A DNA stretch of 64,000 bases, taken from the NCBI GenBank assembly GCA_951406725.2, contig OX597831.1, forward strand, positions 18,848,001-18,912,000, written 5' to 3'. The position numbers and the translations under genes were made by a program. Shown piece by piece: positions 15,294 through 29,756 of this stretch (position 1 is its first letter; every line of letters begins with the position of its first letter). A model generated the notes under the pieces. That model saw only the letters and a program-made list of their open reading frames with translations, had not been told where the DNA came from and did not search any database. The stretch comes from Octopus vulgaris (lineage: Eukaryota).

Positions 15294-18200
15294 ATGTTTC
15301 TTTATTAGCCACACAGGGCTGCACACAGATAGAACAAATTACAAGGTAGAGCTTTTCTTTTGAAGGTTTAAAAGAATAAAAAAAAAAATAATAATAAAAA
15401 ATAAATAATAAAAAAAAATAAAAAGGGGTGGGTCGATCAAAGGGATCGTAAAAGGAGAGAAAGAGGACAAAAAAAGGGGGTTAAAAAAAAAGGGGGAGGA
15501 AAAAAACAATCAATAGGGATCGTTATCACAGAAATGTCAATATGAAGTGTAAAGGGGAGGACAGGTGAGGTTTACCCGTGGAAAGAAAAGCCTACGGAAA
15601 AGACCACGGAAAAGGCTTCGTCATTCATACGTGCCATTCTTGCTACATTCACCCATCTTTTTTTAAAACATTCGCTAGACAAAACTTGCCTCTCTACTCT
15701 CACTTTCCTTTTCAAGTGGTACTTGAAGAAGTTGATGAGAGATTGACCAGAGAGGAAAGTGTTTGTCTCCAATCCTTTCAGACGCGTCCACCAGATACAT
15801 TCTTACGCCATAGCCACAACGATGATGAAAATAGTTCTTCCTTCCCGTTTGAAGGAAGGAGGCGTGACAATATTGAGGATAGACTCAGCTGATAAACAGA
15901 CTCGTCCCACACGTGACAGCAGTTGTTCGACATAAGCCCACTGATCGGAAATTGTTGGACACTGAACGAGTGCGTGCAGAACGGTTTCGTCGCTCTGACC
16001 GCATCTCGAGCAGGTCGGCCCCGTGTTTCTCGAGCCGTGTCTGTAGAGCTTATCCCGAACGGGTAGCGCCTTTCGGTAGCACTGCCAGGCCAGGTATCTC
16101 TGGAAGTTGTCCGTCGGCCCTGGCCCGAAAGTCGTCCTGAACAGGCGGGTCGGGTATTCCTCGTCGACGTCCAGGTTCGCCCCGAGCTCGTCGTCGTACC
16201 TCTCCTCCACTAATCCCCTATAGAATGCTTTGGTTCTGATGAAGTCACTTAAGGTCGACCCAGGACGGCAGAGTTGCTTGAGAGCAACGCGACACTCGCG
16301 GTGCCATTCGCCCTTCCTCGGCCTCTTTTTGATCCACGACTGCAGTTCGGTCATGGAGACGAGCTGCGGGAAAGCGTGCCTCACAAACGGCGACCACACC
16401 TGTTCACCGTCGTCTACATAGAGCCAGAGATGCCGCAGTCTCCAGCGCGTGTTTGTGCATCATCAACCACGGCATGCCCATTCCTCCTTTTAACGGGTGT
16501 TGACAGCAAATGGATCGCCTGACCATTGGGACGCATCCTTTCCACAAGAAGCGAAAGAGGATGCGTTGTAGTTTGGTGATGGTAGGGTCGGGACAAGGCA
16601 CGACGGTCAGGCGGTAGTAGATGACGGACGCGATGTACGTGTTCGCCACCTCCGCTCGACCTTTTAGGGACAGTTTCCTCTCGGCCCATTGCCGGGCGAG
16701 AGTGACCACCCTACTCGTTATCTCGTTCCAGTTCTTCTCCATCTGGTGGTCCGGACCAAACCAGACCCCGAGCAACTCAACCGGACCGTCGGTCCAGCGT
16801 CCCACGACGGAGGCGCTGGTGGGCGGCATGGGCTTGCTTCTCCAGGTGCCTCGTCGCAATTCCACTGACTTTTCCCGGTTGATTTTCGCTCCTGTCACCG
16901 CTTCGTAGTTTTTCAGTGTCTCGCCGATCTGCTCGATGTGCTCGTGGCTAGACACTATGACGGTGACGTCGTCCGCGTATGCAGACACGCTCGTCCCGCA
17001 TCCCAGTTCTCGCGGGATGCCCATCAGAGTCGCCAGCTTCCGCAGTAGTGGCTCAAGAGTCAATACGTATAGAAGCGACGAGAGGGGCATCCCTGACGGA
17101 CCGAACGTGCAATGTTGAAAGGTCTCGATAGATGTCCATTTACGCGACTTACCGAACGGATGCCTCTGTACAAAAAGCGGCTATCCAGCCACGGAAAACG
17201 GGACCGAAACCAGCCGCTCTCAGGACAGCCTCCAAGTGTCGATGGTCTACCCTATCAAAGGCTTTCGATTGATCCAAATTGATCAGCGCCCCACCCATGC
17301 CAGGTTCGTTAACTACCCTGTCTATGATGTAGCGCATCAGATGGAGGTTGTCATAGATGGTCCGGCCGGCGCATGTTTGCGCCCTTGTTGACCAGTTTCT
17401 CGATGACAAGCGCCAACCTCTTGGCTAATACCTTGGCCAAAATTTTCAAGTCTGCATTAAGCAGAGTGATGGGCCTAAAGTTATCTATTACATTTCCCTT
17501 GTTTAGATCTTTCTTCAGCAGTGTTACGGCTCCTCGGCTCACAAAACCAGGAATGCTCCCGTTTTGCTGCCAGTTGCAGTACACCGCTGCCACGACGATC
17601 TCCAAACAAGTCTGACATACAATTGTAAAGCACGTAGGGTAGACCATCCAAACCCGGTGATTTGTCCCTCGAGCATTCTGCCATCGCATCCTGCACTTCC
17701 GCCGCCGTGATGGCCCTTCGCAGCACCCTGCCGCTTTCTTGTCGAGAGTCGTGGTAGGCTATGTAGGTAGGCACTGAAGTCCACCCTACGTTCTTGCCCT
17801 CCACTCGTTCCCAACAGTCGGGCAAAATGCTGCTGAAAGGCCTCACACATTTTACTTGGCTCGAGCAATTCGCGCCCCTGTTCATCTACCAGTGACCGAA
17901 TGGTGGCTTTGTTGCCCTGTTGCGCCTCTGCCACCCGGGCCTCTCTCGCGGCTCCAACACCTTCGTTCCTTAGAGCACGCATCCTAGCTCTGACAGCACA
18001 TTGAAGTGTTGAAGTGTTGGTCGAAGGCCAACCTCGCCGCCAAAACGTCGGATGCGATGCCGCTTCTAATTGCCTCTTCTAGCTTCTTAACTAGCTCACC
18101 CTCTACTCTATTTCTATCTATGGCTAGTGCTTTGCTGTACCTAATCGCTTCTGCTTTTACTGCTCTCTTGAGGGCAAACCACCATTTGTTGTTGATGATG

Positions 18201-19195
18201 GCTCCCGTCAAAGCCTTTTTACTAGTGTGCTAATCCGGTCTCTGAAAACCTGTCTCGATGGGAAAGACGCGTTTAGTTTCCAGTATCCGGGACCCTGCCT
18301 AAGTGCCTTACCTAAGTCTAGCGTACATGTCACAAGTTTGTGATCCGTGTAGCTGACTATGTGGAATGTGGACATCCTATGCTATCTCTATCTACTGTCC
18401 TACACAGTATCCTATCTAGATACGATCTCGAGGACCCGATGCGGTTGCTCCATGTCCACGTTGGCGCATTCGGGTGGTCTAGTCGGAACTGTCAGACAGT
18501 TGAAAGCGTCTGAGCAGGTCTCTGAGGCATTTGCATGCCCGTCTATTCCTATCTCTACCCACGTAGTCTACATGCGTGTCCAAGGTAGCATTCCACTCCC
18601 CCACTAAGAGTATTGGACGAGACGTTCCCATGAAAACTTCTAGACGTTGAAAGAAATCCGCCCGACCTGTTATGGGCGGTGCGTAAACTGATACGAGTCG
18701 AAAAGCGCACCCATTGCTGCCGTCGACATCCAGGACGACCAGTCTACCCTCCGGGTCTACGAATATTGTCCTTACTTTGAGATCCAGACTCTTGTGAAAA
18801 AGTACCGCGGTGCCACTACCGCCCATTCTCGGCAGACAGGGGGAAAAATAAATGTTGAACTGTCCGCCAAACATGGTCTTTAGGGCCCGCGGATTGTGGA
18901 GTCTGGTCTCGCTTATACCATGATTTCTAACTTATGTGACTTTATGTCATTTAAGAGGTACCCTTGTTTCCAAGGGGACCCCAAGCCACGCGCATTTACA
19001 TAACCAATCTTGATCATAATCCTAATGAATTAGAATACAGAGGGTTACTTACTGCTCGAAAGTTTTTGCTTTCTCCTCCGTTGGTTTGTCCTTGAGAAGA
19101 TCCCAGTACAGTTTCTTTGTGAGATATTTTTGGCATTTACCAACCGCACTGGGGAAAATGCCTTTGAGTGTGTGGTGCAGACTTTTGGAGATGTG

Positions 19196-19196
<1 letters not shown>
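15294..19196 (-). mobile_element. Tx1-clade LINE copy 2: essentially complete but frameshifted ORF2 (APE-RT-Zn knuckle) plus ORF1 tail; GATA on both sides
   Basis: Fragments VSVYAPP, KSPGLDGLP, NFRPITLLNADLKILAKVLAKRL, LDQSKAFDRVDH, SAYADDVT, CSRCGQSDETVLHALVQC. Confidence 0.93.
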
Positions 19197-19785
<589 letters not shown>

Positions 19786-20006
19786 TGTTTATTTATTAGC
19801 CACACAGGGCTGCACACAGATAGAACAAATTACAAGGTAGAGCTTTTCTTTTGAAGGTTTAAAAAAAAAAAAAAAAAAGGGAAGGGGAGTTTCGATCAAA
19901 AGGGATCGTAAAAGGAGAGAAAGAGGACAAAAAAAGGGGGGTTAAAAAAAAAGGGGAGAGGAAAAAAAAAAAAAATTGATCAATAGGGATCGTTATCACA
20001 GAAATG

Positions 20007-21071
20007 TCAATATGAATTGTAAAGGGAGGACAGGTGAGGTTTACCTTCGTGTTTGGCGTTGAAGTGTTGGTCGAGGTCCAACCTCGCCGCCAAAACGTCG
20101 GATGCGATGCCGCTTCTAATTGCCTCTTCTAGCTTCTTAACTAGCTCACCCTCTACTCTATTTCTATCTATGGCTAGTGCTTTGCTGTACCTAATCGCTT
20201 CTGCTTTTACTGCTCTCTTGAGGGCAAACCACCATTTGTTGTTGATGATGGCTCCCGTCAAAGCCTTCTTTACTAGTGTGCTAATCCGGTCTCTGAAAAC
20301 TTGTCTCGATGGGAAAGACGCGTTTAGTTTCCAGTATCCGGGACCCTGCCTAAGTGTCTTACCTAAGTCTAGCGTACATGTCACAAGTTTGTGATCCGTG
20401 TAGCTGACTATGTGGAATTGTGGACATCCTATGCTATCTCTATCTACTGTCCTACACAGTATCCTATCTAGATACGATCTCGATGACCCGATGCGGTTGC
20501 TCCATGTCCACGTTGGCGCATTCGGGTGGTCTAGTCGGAACCTGTCAGACAGTTGAAAGCGTCTGAGCAGGTCTCTGAGGCATTTGCATCCCCGTCTATT
20601 CCTATCTCTACCCACGTAGTCTACATGCGTGTCCAAGGTAGCATTCCAATCCCCCACTAAGAGTAGAGGACGAGACGTTCCCAAGAAAACTTCTAGACGT
20701 CGAAAGAAATCCGCCCGACCTGTTAAGGGCGGTGCGTAAACTGATACGAGTCGAAAAGCGCACCCATTGCTGCCGTCGACATCCAGGACGACCAGTCTAC
20801 CCTCCGGGTCTACGAATATTGTCCTTACTTTGAGATCCAGACTCTTGTGAAAAAGTACCGCGGTGCCACTACCGCCCATTCTCGGCAGACAGGGGGAAAA
20901 ATAAATGTTGAACTGTCCGCCAAACATGGTCTTTAGGGCCCGCGGATTGTGGAGTCTGGTCTCGCTTATGGCTATGATTTCTAACTTATGTGACTTTATG
21001 TCATTTAAGAGGTACCCTTGTTTCCAAGGGGACCCCAAGCCACGCGCATTTACACAACCAATCTTGATCAT
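20007..21071 (-). CDS. Apurinic-like (APE/EEP) endonuclease of the Tx1 element, 354 aa, no RT domain
   Basis: All EEP motifs present: VNARGL, ISETR, SVYAP, VGDWNA, TWS, YLDRI, TDHK, then Tx1/L1 linker GYWKLN; uninterrupted frame; expression unknown. Confidence 0.8.
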   Translation of the reverse strand: MIKIGCVNARGLGSPWKQGYLLNDIKSHKLEIIAISETRLHNPRALKTMFGGQFNIYFSPCLPRMGGSGTAVLFHKSLDLKVRTIFVDPEGRLVVLDVDGSNGCAFRLVSVYAPPLTGRADFFRRLEVFLGTSRPLLLVGDWNATLDTHVDYVGRDRNRRGCKCLRDLLRRFQLSDRFRLDHPNAPTWTWSNRIGSSRSYLDRILCRTVDRDSIGCPQFHIVSYTDHKLVTCTLDLGKTLRQGPGYWKLNASFPSRQVFRDRISTLVKKALTGAIINNKWWFALKRAVKAEAIRYSKALAIDRNRVEGELVKKLEEAIRSGIASDVLAARLDLDQHFNAKHEGKPHLSSLYNSY

Positions 21072-22011
21072 AGTTCTAATGAATTAGAATACAGAGGGTT
21101 ACTTACTGCTTTCTCCTCCGTTTTTGCTTTCTCCTCCGTTGGTTTGTCCTCGAGAAGATCCCAGTACAGTTTCTTTGTGAGATATTTTTGGCATTTACCA
21201 ACCGCACTGGGGAAAATGCCTTTGAGTGTGTGGTGCAGACTTTTGGAGATGTGTAATATTTTGATGTGGTCTGGTGGTGTTGTGTATGGGTGATTGTTTG
21301 TTTTTATGTCATCTTCTGTTATGTTTGTTTTTGATTGGATGTATTCCATTAAATTTGTGTTTTTGGTGTCTATGGCTGTGAGCATGTTTGCTGTATATGT
21401 TTTTGTGGTGTTGGTGTGGCTGTTGTTTGCGTTGGGTTTTGAAATGTCTTCGGGAGATGTATTTCCCCCTGCTTTGTTCGTGTTTGCATTTGGTTTGGTT
21501 GTGTTTCTGCTCTTTATTTTCCTTCTTTTGTAGCTATTTGCCATTCCTCACTGGTTTCATCTTCCGACGAAATTTCTGAGGAATCAGAAGGGGGTAGGGG
21601 TATGTTGTGGGCTTCTATGTATGTCTGTGTAAGTGGTTGTGTTGTTGTTTTCGTTGTTGTTGGTTGTTGAGTGTTTGTGTGTGTTGAGTGTGGTATAAGG
21701 GATGGGGGATCAGTTTGTGTGTGTTTTCTTTGTTTTTCTGTTCCTTTGGGTTTTGCTGTTGTTGGTGGTGTTGGTATTTTTCCAGGTGTTGAGTGGTTTT
21801 TGGTTGATGACGGATTAGCTTGGTGTGCTTCTCTTGTCGTCTTCTGTGTTGATGGTGGTGTGGGTAGTAGAGCTTTTTTTCCGGAGTGCTTTGGTTGTGG
21901 TAGTGGTTGTTGTTGTTGCTCTTGGTGTGCAGTGGTTGGGCACGTCTTTTTCAAGTGTGTTTCGCTTCCACACAAATAGCAGCGTGGTCGCCTGCCCTCA
22001 ACCACTATATA
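21068..22011 (-). pseudogene. Tx1 ORF1 C-terminal half, split across two frames, with CCHC knuckle and Thr/Pro/Asn-rich tail
   Basis: CYLCGSETHLKKTC = CX2CX4HX4C; ORFs 21514..22311 and 21068..21544; the stop overlaps the ORF2 ATG (ATGA). Confidence 0.8.
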
Positions 22012-22050
22012 GAGAGATAGATAGTCAGATATATAGACAGATAGATTGAC

Positions 22051-22095
<45 letters not shown>

Positions 22096-22148
22096 CATTG
22101 AGAGGCAGACAGAGAGAGAGAGAGATAAATATATATATATAGAGAGAT

Positions 22149-25100
22149 AAGTTTCGTTATTGGCCACACAGGGCTGCACACAGATGGGACAAATTACAAG
22201 GTAGAGCTTTTCTTTTGGGGGATGAAAAAAAAGTAAAAGAAACGAAAGAAAAGAAAAAAGATAAAAGAAGAAAAAAGAGGAATTATGGGGAAGAGGAAAA
22301 AAAACAATCAATAGGGATCGTGTATCACAGTGTCATGATGTACGGTGTAGAGGGGGAAGCAGATAAGATTTATCCGTGGGAAGAAAAGCCTATGAAAAAG
22401 ACCACAGTAACCTCGGTCAATATTGTTATATGTTACCACATTTGTTTTCAAGTAGGTAACCCTCTGTTTTCAATTTCTGGGTTCATAGGATTATGCTCAA
22501 GGTCGCTTCGTCATTCATACGTGCCATTCTTGCCTCATTCACCCATCTTTTTTTTAAACATTCGCTAGACAAAACTTGTCTCTCTACTATCACTTTCCTG
22601 TTCAAGTGGTACTTGAAGAAGTTGATGAGAGATTGACCAGAGAGGAAAGTGTTTGTCTCCAATCCTTTTAGACAAATCCACCAGATACATTCTTACACCA
22701 TAGCCACAACGATGATGAAAATAGTTCTTCCTTCCCGTTTGAAGGAAGGAGGCGTGACAATATTGAGGATAGACTCAGTTGATAAACAGACTCGTCCCAC
22801 ACGTGACAGCAGTTGTTCGACATAAGCCCACTGATCGGAAATTGTTGGACACTGCACGAGTGCGTGCAGAACGGTTTCGTCGCTCTGACCGCATCTCGGG
22901 CAGGTCGGCCCCGTGTTTCTCGAGCCGTGTCTGTAGAGCTTATCCCGAACGGGTAGCGCTCCTCGGTAGCACTGCCATCCCAGGTATCTCTGGAAGTTGT
23001 CCGTCGGCCCTAGCCCGAAAGTCGTCCCTAACAGGCGGGTCGGGTATTCCTCGTCGACTTCCAGGTTCGCCCCGAGCTCGTCGTCGTACCTCTCCTCCAC
23101 TAATCTCCTATAGAATGCTTGGGTTCTGATGGAGTCACTCAGGGTCGACCCGGGACGGCAGAGTTGCTTGAGAGCAACGCGACACTCGCGGTGCCTTTCG
23201 CCCTTCCTCGGTATCTTTTTGATCCACGACTGCAGTTCGGTCATGGAGACAAGCTGCGGGAAATGTGCCTCACAAACGGCGACCACACCTGATCACCGTC
23301 GTCTACGAAGAGCCTAAGATGTCGCAGTCCCAGCGCGTGTTTGTGCATCATCAACCACGGCATGCCCATTCCTCCTTTTAACGGGTGTTGACAGCAAAGG
23401 GATCGCCTGACCATTGGGACGCATCCTTTCCACAAGAAGCGAAAGAGAATGCGTTCTAGTTTGGTGATGGTAGGGTCGGGACAAGGCACGACGGTCAGGC
23501 GGTAGTTGATGACGGATGCGATGTACGTGTTCGCCACCTCCGCCCGACTTTTTAGGGACAGTTTCCTGTCGGCCCATTGCCGGGTAAGAGTCTCGTTCCA
23601 GTTCTTCTCCATCTGGTGGTCCGGACCGTACCAGACCCCGAGCAACTCGGCCGGACCGTCGGTCCAGCGTCCCACAACGGAGGCGCTGGTGGGCGGCATG
23701 GGCTTGCTTCTCCAGGTGCCTCGTCGCAATTCCACTGACTTTTCCGGTTGATTTTCGCTCCTGTCACCGCTTCGTAGTTTTTCAGTGTCTCGCCGATCTG
23801 CTCGATGTGATCGTGGCTAGACACTATGACGGTGACGTCGTCCGCGTATGCAGACACGCTCGTCTCACATCCCAGTTCTCACGGGATGCCCATCAGAGTT
23901 GCCAGCTTCCGCAATAATGGTTCGAGAGTCAATACGTATAGAAGCGACGAGAGGGGAAATCCCTGACGGACCGAACGTGCGATGTCGAAAGTTCTCGATA
24001 GATGTCCATTTACGCGACTTACCGAACGGATGCCTCTGTACAAAAAAGCGGCTATCCAGCCACGGAAGACGGGACCGAAGCCAGCCGCTCTGAGGACAGC
24101 CTCCAGGTGTCGATGGTCTACCCTATCGAAAGTTTTCGATTGATCCAAATTGATCAGCGCCCCACCCGTGCCAGGTTCGTTAACTACCCTGTGTATGATG
24201 TAGCGCATCAGGTGGAGGTTGTCATAGCTGGTCCGGCCCGGTACGCCTTGTTGACCAGTTTCTCGATGACAAGCGCCAACCTCTTGGCTAATACCTTGGC
24301 CAAAATTTTCAAGTCTGCATTAAGCAGAGTGATGGGCCTAGAGTTATCTATTACATTTCCCTTGTTTAGATTTTTCTTCAGCAGTGTTACGGCTCCTCGG
24401 CTCACAAAACCAGGAATGCTCCCGTTTTGCTGCCAGTTTCAGTACACCGCTGCCACGACGTCTCCAAACAAGTCTGACATACAACTGTAAAGCACGTAGG
24501 GTAGACCATCCAAACCCGGCGATTTGTCCCTCGAGCATTCTGCCATCGCATCCTGCACTTCCGTCGCCGTGATGGCCCCTTCGCAGCACCCTGCCGCTCT
24601 TGTTGAGAGTCGTGGTAGTCTGTGTAGGTAGGCACTGAAGTCCACCCTACGTTCTTGCCCGCCACTCGTCCCAAACAGTCGGGCAAAATGCTGTTGAAAG
24701 GCCTCACACATTTTACTTGGCTCGAGCAATTCGCGCCCCTGCTCATCTACCAGAGACCGAATGGTGGCTTTGTTGCCCTGTTGCGCCTTTGCCACCCGGG
24801 CCTCTCTCGCAACTCCAACACCTTCGTTCCTTAGATCCTTGTTCTGACAGGACACCCTCCGTGTTTGGCGTTGAAGTGTTGGTCGAGGTCCAACCTCGCC
24901 GCCAAAACGTCGGATGCGATGCCGCTTCTAATTGGCTCTTCTATCTTCTTAACTAGCTCACCCTCTACTCTATTTCTGTCTATGGCTAGTGCTTTGCTGT
25001 ACCTAATCGCTTCTGCTTTTACTGCTCTCTTGAGGGCAAACCACGAAAGCCCTCTTTACTAGTGTGCTAATCCGGTCTCTGAAAACCTGTCTCGATGGGA

Positions 25101-27297
25101 AAGACGCGTTTAGTTTCCAGTATCCGGGACCCTGCCTAAGTCTCTTACCTAAGTCTAGCGTACATGTCACAAGTTTGTGATCCTTGTAGCTGACTATGTG
25201 GAATTGTGGAAATCCTATGCTATCTCTATCTCCTGTCCTACACAGTATTCTATCTAGATACGATCTCGACGACCTGATGCAGTTGCTCCATGTCTACGTT
25301 GGTGCATTCGGGTGGTCTAGTCGGAAACTGTCAGACAGTTGAAAGCGTCTGAGCAGGTCTCTGAGGCATTTGCATGCCCGTCTATTCCTATCTCTACCCA
25401 CGTAATCTACATGCGTGTCCAAGGTAGCATTCCAATCCCCCACTAAGAGTAAAGGACGAGACGGTCACAAGAATACTTCTAGACGTTGAAAGAAATCCGC
25501 CCGACCTGTTCAGGGCGGTGCGTAGACTGATACGAGTCGGAAATCGCACCCATTGCTGCCATCGACATCCAGGACGACCAGTCTACCCTTCGGGTCTACG
25601 AATAGTGTCTTTACTTTGAGGTCCAGACTCTTGCGAAAAAGTACCGCGGTGCCACTACCGCACATTCTTGGCAGACAGGGGGAAAAATAAATGTTGAACT
25701 GTCCGCCAAACATTGTCTTTAGGGCCCGCGGATTGTGGAGTCTGGTCTCACTTATAGCCATGATTTCTAACTTGTGTGACTTTATGTCATTTAAGAGGTA
25801 CCCTTGTTTCCAAGGGGACCCCAAGCCACGCGCATTTACATAACCAATCTTGATCATAATCCTAATGAATTAGAATACAAGTGAAAGGAACAGAGGGTTA
25901 CTTACTGCTCGAAAGTTTTTGCTTTCTCCTTTTTTGGTTTGTCCTCGAGGAGATCCCAGTAAAGTTTCTTTGTGAGATATTTTTGGCATTTATCAACCGC
26001 ACTGGGGAAAATGCCACACAAATAGCAACGTTGTCGCCTGCCCCCTACCACTACATAAAGTTTGTAGCCCCCTGGCATTTCTATAGCGGTGGGTATCTTT
26101 TCTCTTGTTTCATCCAATTGAAGAAGGAATTGGATTGATTTTCCCACCCAGTCTTTCTGTCCTGGAACAGCGATTTCAAGGATGTTTGTCTCTGCCATTT
26201 CAAAGCAGATGGCAGAGACTAACCATTGTATTTCGACTTCAGGTGGTACATTTTTTATTTGGACTTTCCTCACTCTCTGGTTTAAATAGATTGGTATCAT
26301 TACCAAGTTGTCTAAATGCAGCTCCAATGTGGAAAATTGTTTTGCTAAATTTTCGTTGAGGAAACGTACTTGGACTGTACCAAACTTATTTCCCCAACTG
26401 ATATACTCATTAGAGTCCCATGCAGGACGAACGTATTTTTAAATTTTTTTCCTGCGGTGCATTTTCTGGTCGTCTTGTTTTCTTGTTGATGACTTTGTAG
26501 ATTATTGTTTTTTTTTTGTGTGTTTTCCACGATGTGTTGTGGAATGTGAAGATGCAGTTTATCTCCTTCTTTGGTGAAGAGTGCTTTTGTGAGGTTTATT
26601 TCCTGTGTGGTGAATTTCACGATTGTTCGCTTTTGTTTTGTCACATCCGCGAAATTCATTTTAATTTTGGCGGTGTTAGCAGCTGAAGAGTTAGTTGTAG
26701 CAGTTGAAGTCGTGGTAGTGGTGTTGGTGGTGTTGTCTTTGGTAGGCTGCTTTGTGCTGATTTCGTTGTTGTTGATGTTGGTAGTGATGGTGGTGGTGCT
26801 GGCATTCATGTTTTTGTCTGTATTCGTATTTGAAATCCCTTTCTCCGTCCTTTTTTCATCGACAAGTGGTGTAGGGAGTGGGGGAAAATCTAAATTAATG
26901 TCTTTGGTCGCGGTGATGGATAATGGTCTTGCGACGTTAGTTTTGTTGTTGTTGTTGGTGGTGGTGGTGGTGACAGTGGTGTTCAAGCTGCGAGGTTTAG
27001 CAGCTAGTAGTAGCAATAGTGTTTCGCTACCGTTCCGCATGACTGGCGGGCTAGCCACGTGGTTTCTAGTTGCCATTTTCAAAATGAAAAATGGCTAAAA
27101 GAAACCCTCGAAAGTTTTGAAAGATTTTGGTAATTTCGCCCATACAGGGCGGAATTCTACGTGAATAATTCTCAGGTTTTTTAGTGAATGAACTTGCACA
27201 ACGATTAAAACAAAATATTTGACAACAAGGAGTTTTAAACAAGTAAAAGTGGCCAACTTACGTGGAGCCCATTTGACTAGCAGCCGTTCATGTCGAA
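22149..27297 (-). mobile_element. Tx1-clade LINE copy 4: both termini apparently present (5' UTR, ORF1, ORF2, 3' UTR), frameshifted, ~750 bp deleted from ORF1
   Basis: ORF1 pieces 26345..27082 and 25902..26327 (KVQIKNVPPEV, RCYLCG); ORF2 starts 25857 (MIKIGYVNARGL); YADD at ~23840; 5' end abuts (GATA)n 27298-27362. Confidence 0.93.
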
Positions 27298-27307
27298 GAT
27301 AGATAGG

Positions 27308-27361
<54 letters not shown>

Positions 27362-28034
27362 TACAGGTAATCCGTAAGACAGACAACCAGACATCATGAT
27401 GCTAACAGTAGGCACACAAATACATAGAGATACGATGTGTATACGTGTTCTTGTCTCTACACTCGAAATAGTTCATATATATATTGCTGCTAACAAGAGA
27501 AACACACGAACACATGCACATATCGTATCTGTATGTATTTGTGTGACTGTTGTTAGCAGTATGATGTCTGACTGATTGTCTTACTGACTACCTTTCCATC
27601 TATCTGTCTGTGTGTGTCGGTGAGTTTGTGTGCGTGCGTCCGTTTGTGTATGCACAAACATGCATGTATATGTACACACCTAAACATATACACGCATATT
27701 TATATATATATATATGTGGGTGTGTATTTGAAATCTTGTGAGGGTGTGTAAGTTTTTGTTACCGTGAGTGTATATGCGTATGTGTCATGGGTAAGAACGC
27801 GCATGTTAAAGTCTAATACGAATTTACTGTGATCGCGACGGGTGAAAGTTTGAAGTTTGCAAGTGAAAGATAGTTTGTGTTCTTGACAAGAATCTTTAGG
27901 ACAGATACGCTTGGGGGTTTTGCACAGTGTTCCAGGGAACATTATTGGTATGTAAGAGCGTTTTGTTACGTTGGCGGTTGTCCTGAAATATATATCTATG
28001 TCTATCTCTATCTCTCTCTTTCTCTCTCTCTCTT

Positions 28035-28071
<37 letters not shown>

Positions 28072-28555
28072 GTATATATATATATATATATTGGAAAAGG
28101 ATGAGTGGCGTTCGACCATATAATAATATAAATAATATATAAATATATGCATACATAGATGCATATATGTACATACCTATATATGTATGTATATATACAT
28201 GCATATATGGGTACAGGACATCGAAAAAACCGTTGAACACAATGAGAAACGAAAACATACAAACGAAAACATAGAAAATGAACTTTCTTTCGGACAACGA
28301 AAAAAACAAAGAAACGGGACATGCAACATAAAGAATATTCCCCTTCATCACTTGTCGCTGTTTCATCTACTCCGCGTAACGAGGGGAAAGGACGATATGT
28401 AACTGATTTGAAACAGTCCTTCCCGCAAAGCAAATTAAATCAAATTAGGGATTTTTTTGTGGCGGGAAATGTGCTAACAAGAACATGACAGCGAGATTTT
28501 TAAAATTTCTCATATTTAAGAGCAATTATCTGAAATCCAGTACACGCTGTTCACA

Positions 28556-28607
<52 letters not shown>

Positions 28608-29143
28608 TTAATCAAATATATTGTTTGAGAATAGTGTATACTTGGTTTCAGATAAGTGTCCTTATATGAGAAACGTTTAAACTTTTAATTGTATTTAGAG
28701 TTTCAAATTGAGCAATTCTACATTAGAAAGTAAAAGCAAGAAAATTACATCATAGAATTCACAGAAGGGATACGTCCATAATATAAATACTATTGTATTA
28801 GTAAATGAATATATAAAGTATAACTATGATTATTTATATACCAATAACTTTTTAAATAATAGCTTTATCATAATATTTTATATAGCATCTATTCAATGCG
28901 ATTGATTACACGGAAATTCATCCTTTTGTGTGATGAGTGGATGAGAACCTAATAATGATTATGAATTCTAGATTTCCTTTCGAAAGCTAATACATTCATA
29001 AAACGATCATAAGACATCTCAAACCTTTCTAAATAAACATAGTTATACGTTATATATTTATTTATTAATATAATATTAACTATGTTATCGATGTATCTCT
29101 ACTCTGACTTTTATGATGTAATTTTCCTGTTTTGCCTCCCTAA

Positions 29144-29199
<56 letters not shown>

Positions 29200-29590
29200 T
29201 TAGATAAAATTAGATATGTTTCGACCAGAGATTGTTCCAGGCCATGTCTAACTTAATAGCACCACCTGATAGGATTACTCGAATCCTGTTTAAGTCAAGT
29301 TTTGTTCAAGTAGTGAGTTCTTGTTGGGTGAGTTGTATCCATATTTGTTCAAGTAGTGAGTTCTTGTTGGGTGAGTTGTATCCAATTATGGGTGGCTTAT
29401 CTGGTATTCTTTGAAGGAATCTATCCAGACTCTGTTTGAAGTTGATGGGATCCTTTTCCTCTTTGATCTCACTCGGGACAATGTTAAATAGGGCAGGGCC
29501 TGTTGAGGAAAAGAAATTATGTTGCAGTGTACATGTATGTTGTGATCTTGAATTTGGCAGGGGACGTATAGCCCGTGGTCCAAGTGAAAC
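29200..29590 (-). mobile_element. 3' end of a CR1/L2-group LINE
   Basis: GPALFNIVPSEIK...FKQSLDRFLQRIPDKP...GY...NSLL C-terminal signature; short internal direct duplication 29302-29383. Confidence 0.7.
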
Positions 29591-29756
29591 AAATGAAACA
29601 GAATATACAAATATTACAGGCATCCCCCCCACACACAATAAATAAACATAGACGCACATAGAGATATAAGCATGCGCAAATGAAAACATACAATAGAAAT
29701 ACAAAATGGCTGACGGTTAGTAAGGAGAGACACAAATAAGTGAGAAGAAAAGAAAG

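Larger units (their letters stand above)
19785..22011 (-). mobile_element. Tx1-clade LINE copy 3: 5'-truncated in ORF1, RT region deleted, endonuclease ORF open
   Basis: 3' UTR joined at ~20045 directly to the post-endonuclease linker; GATA arrays on both sides. Confidence 0.92.

Noticed and set aside
26571-27098. Val-rich, membrane-protein-like plus-strand ORFs (also 21294-21979)
   Set aside because: Antisense frames of the Thr/Asn-rich Tx1 ORF1
28335-28400. Minus-strand GTGATGAAGGGG region as a permuted hammerhead
   Set aside because: Core incomplete and stems could not be assigned
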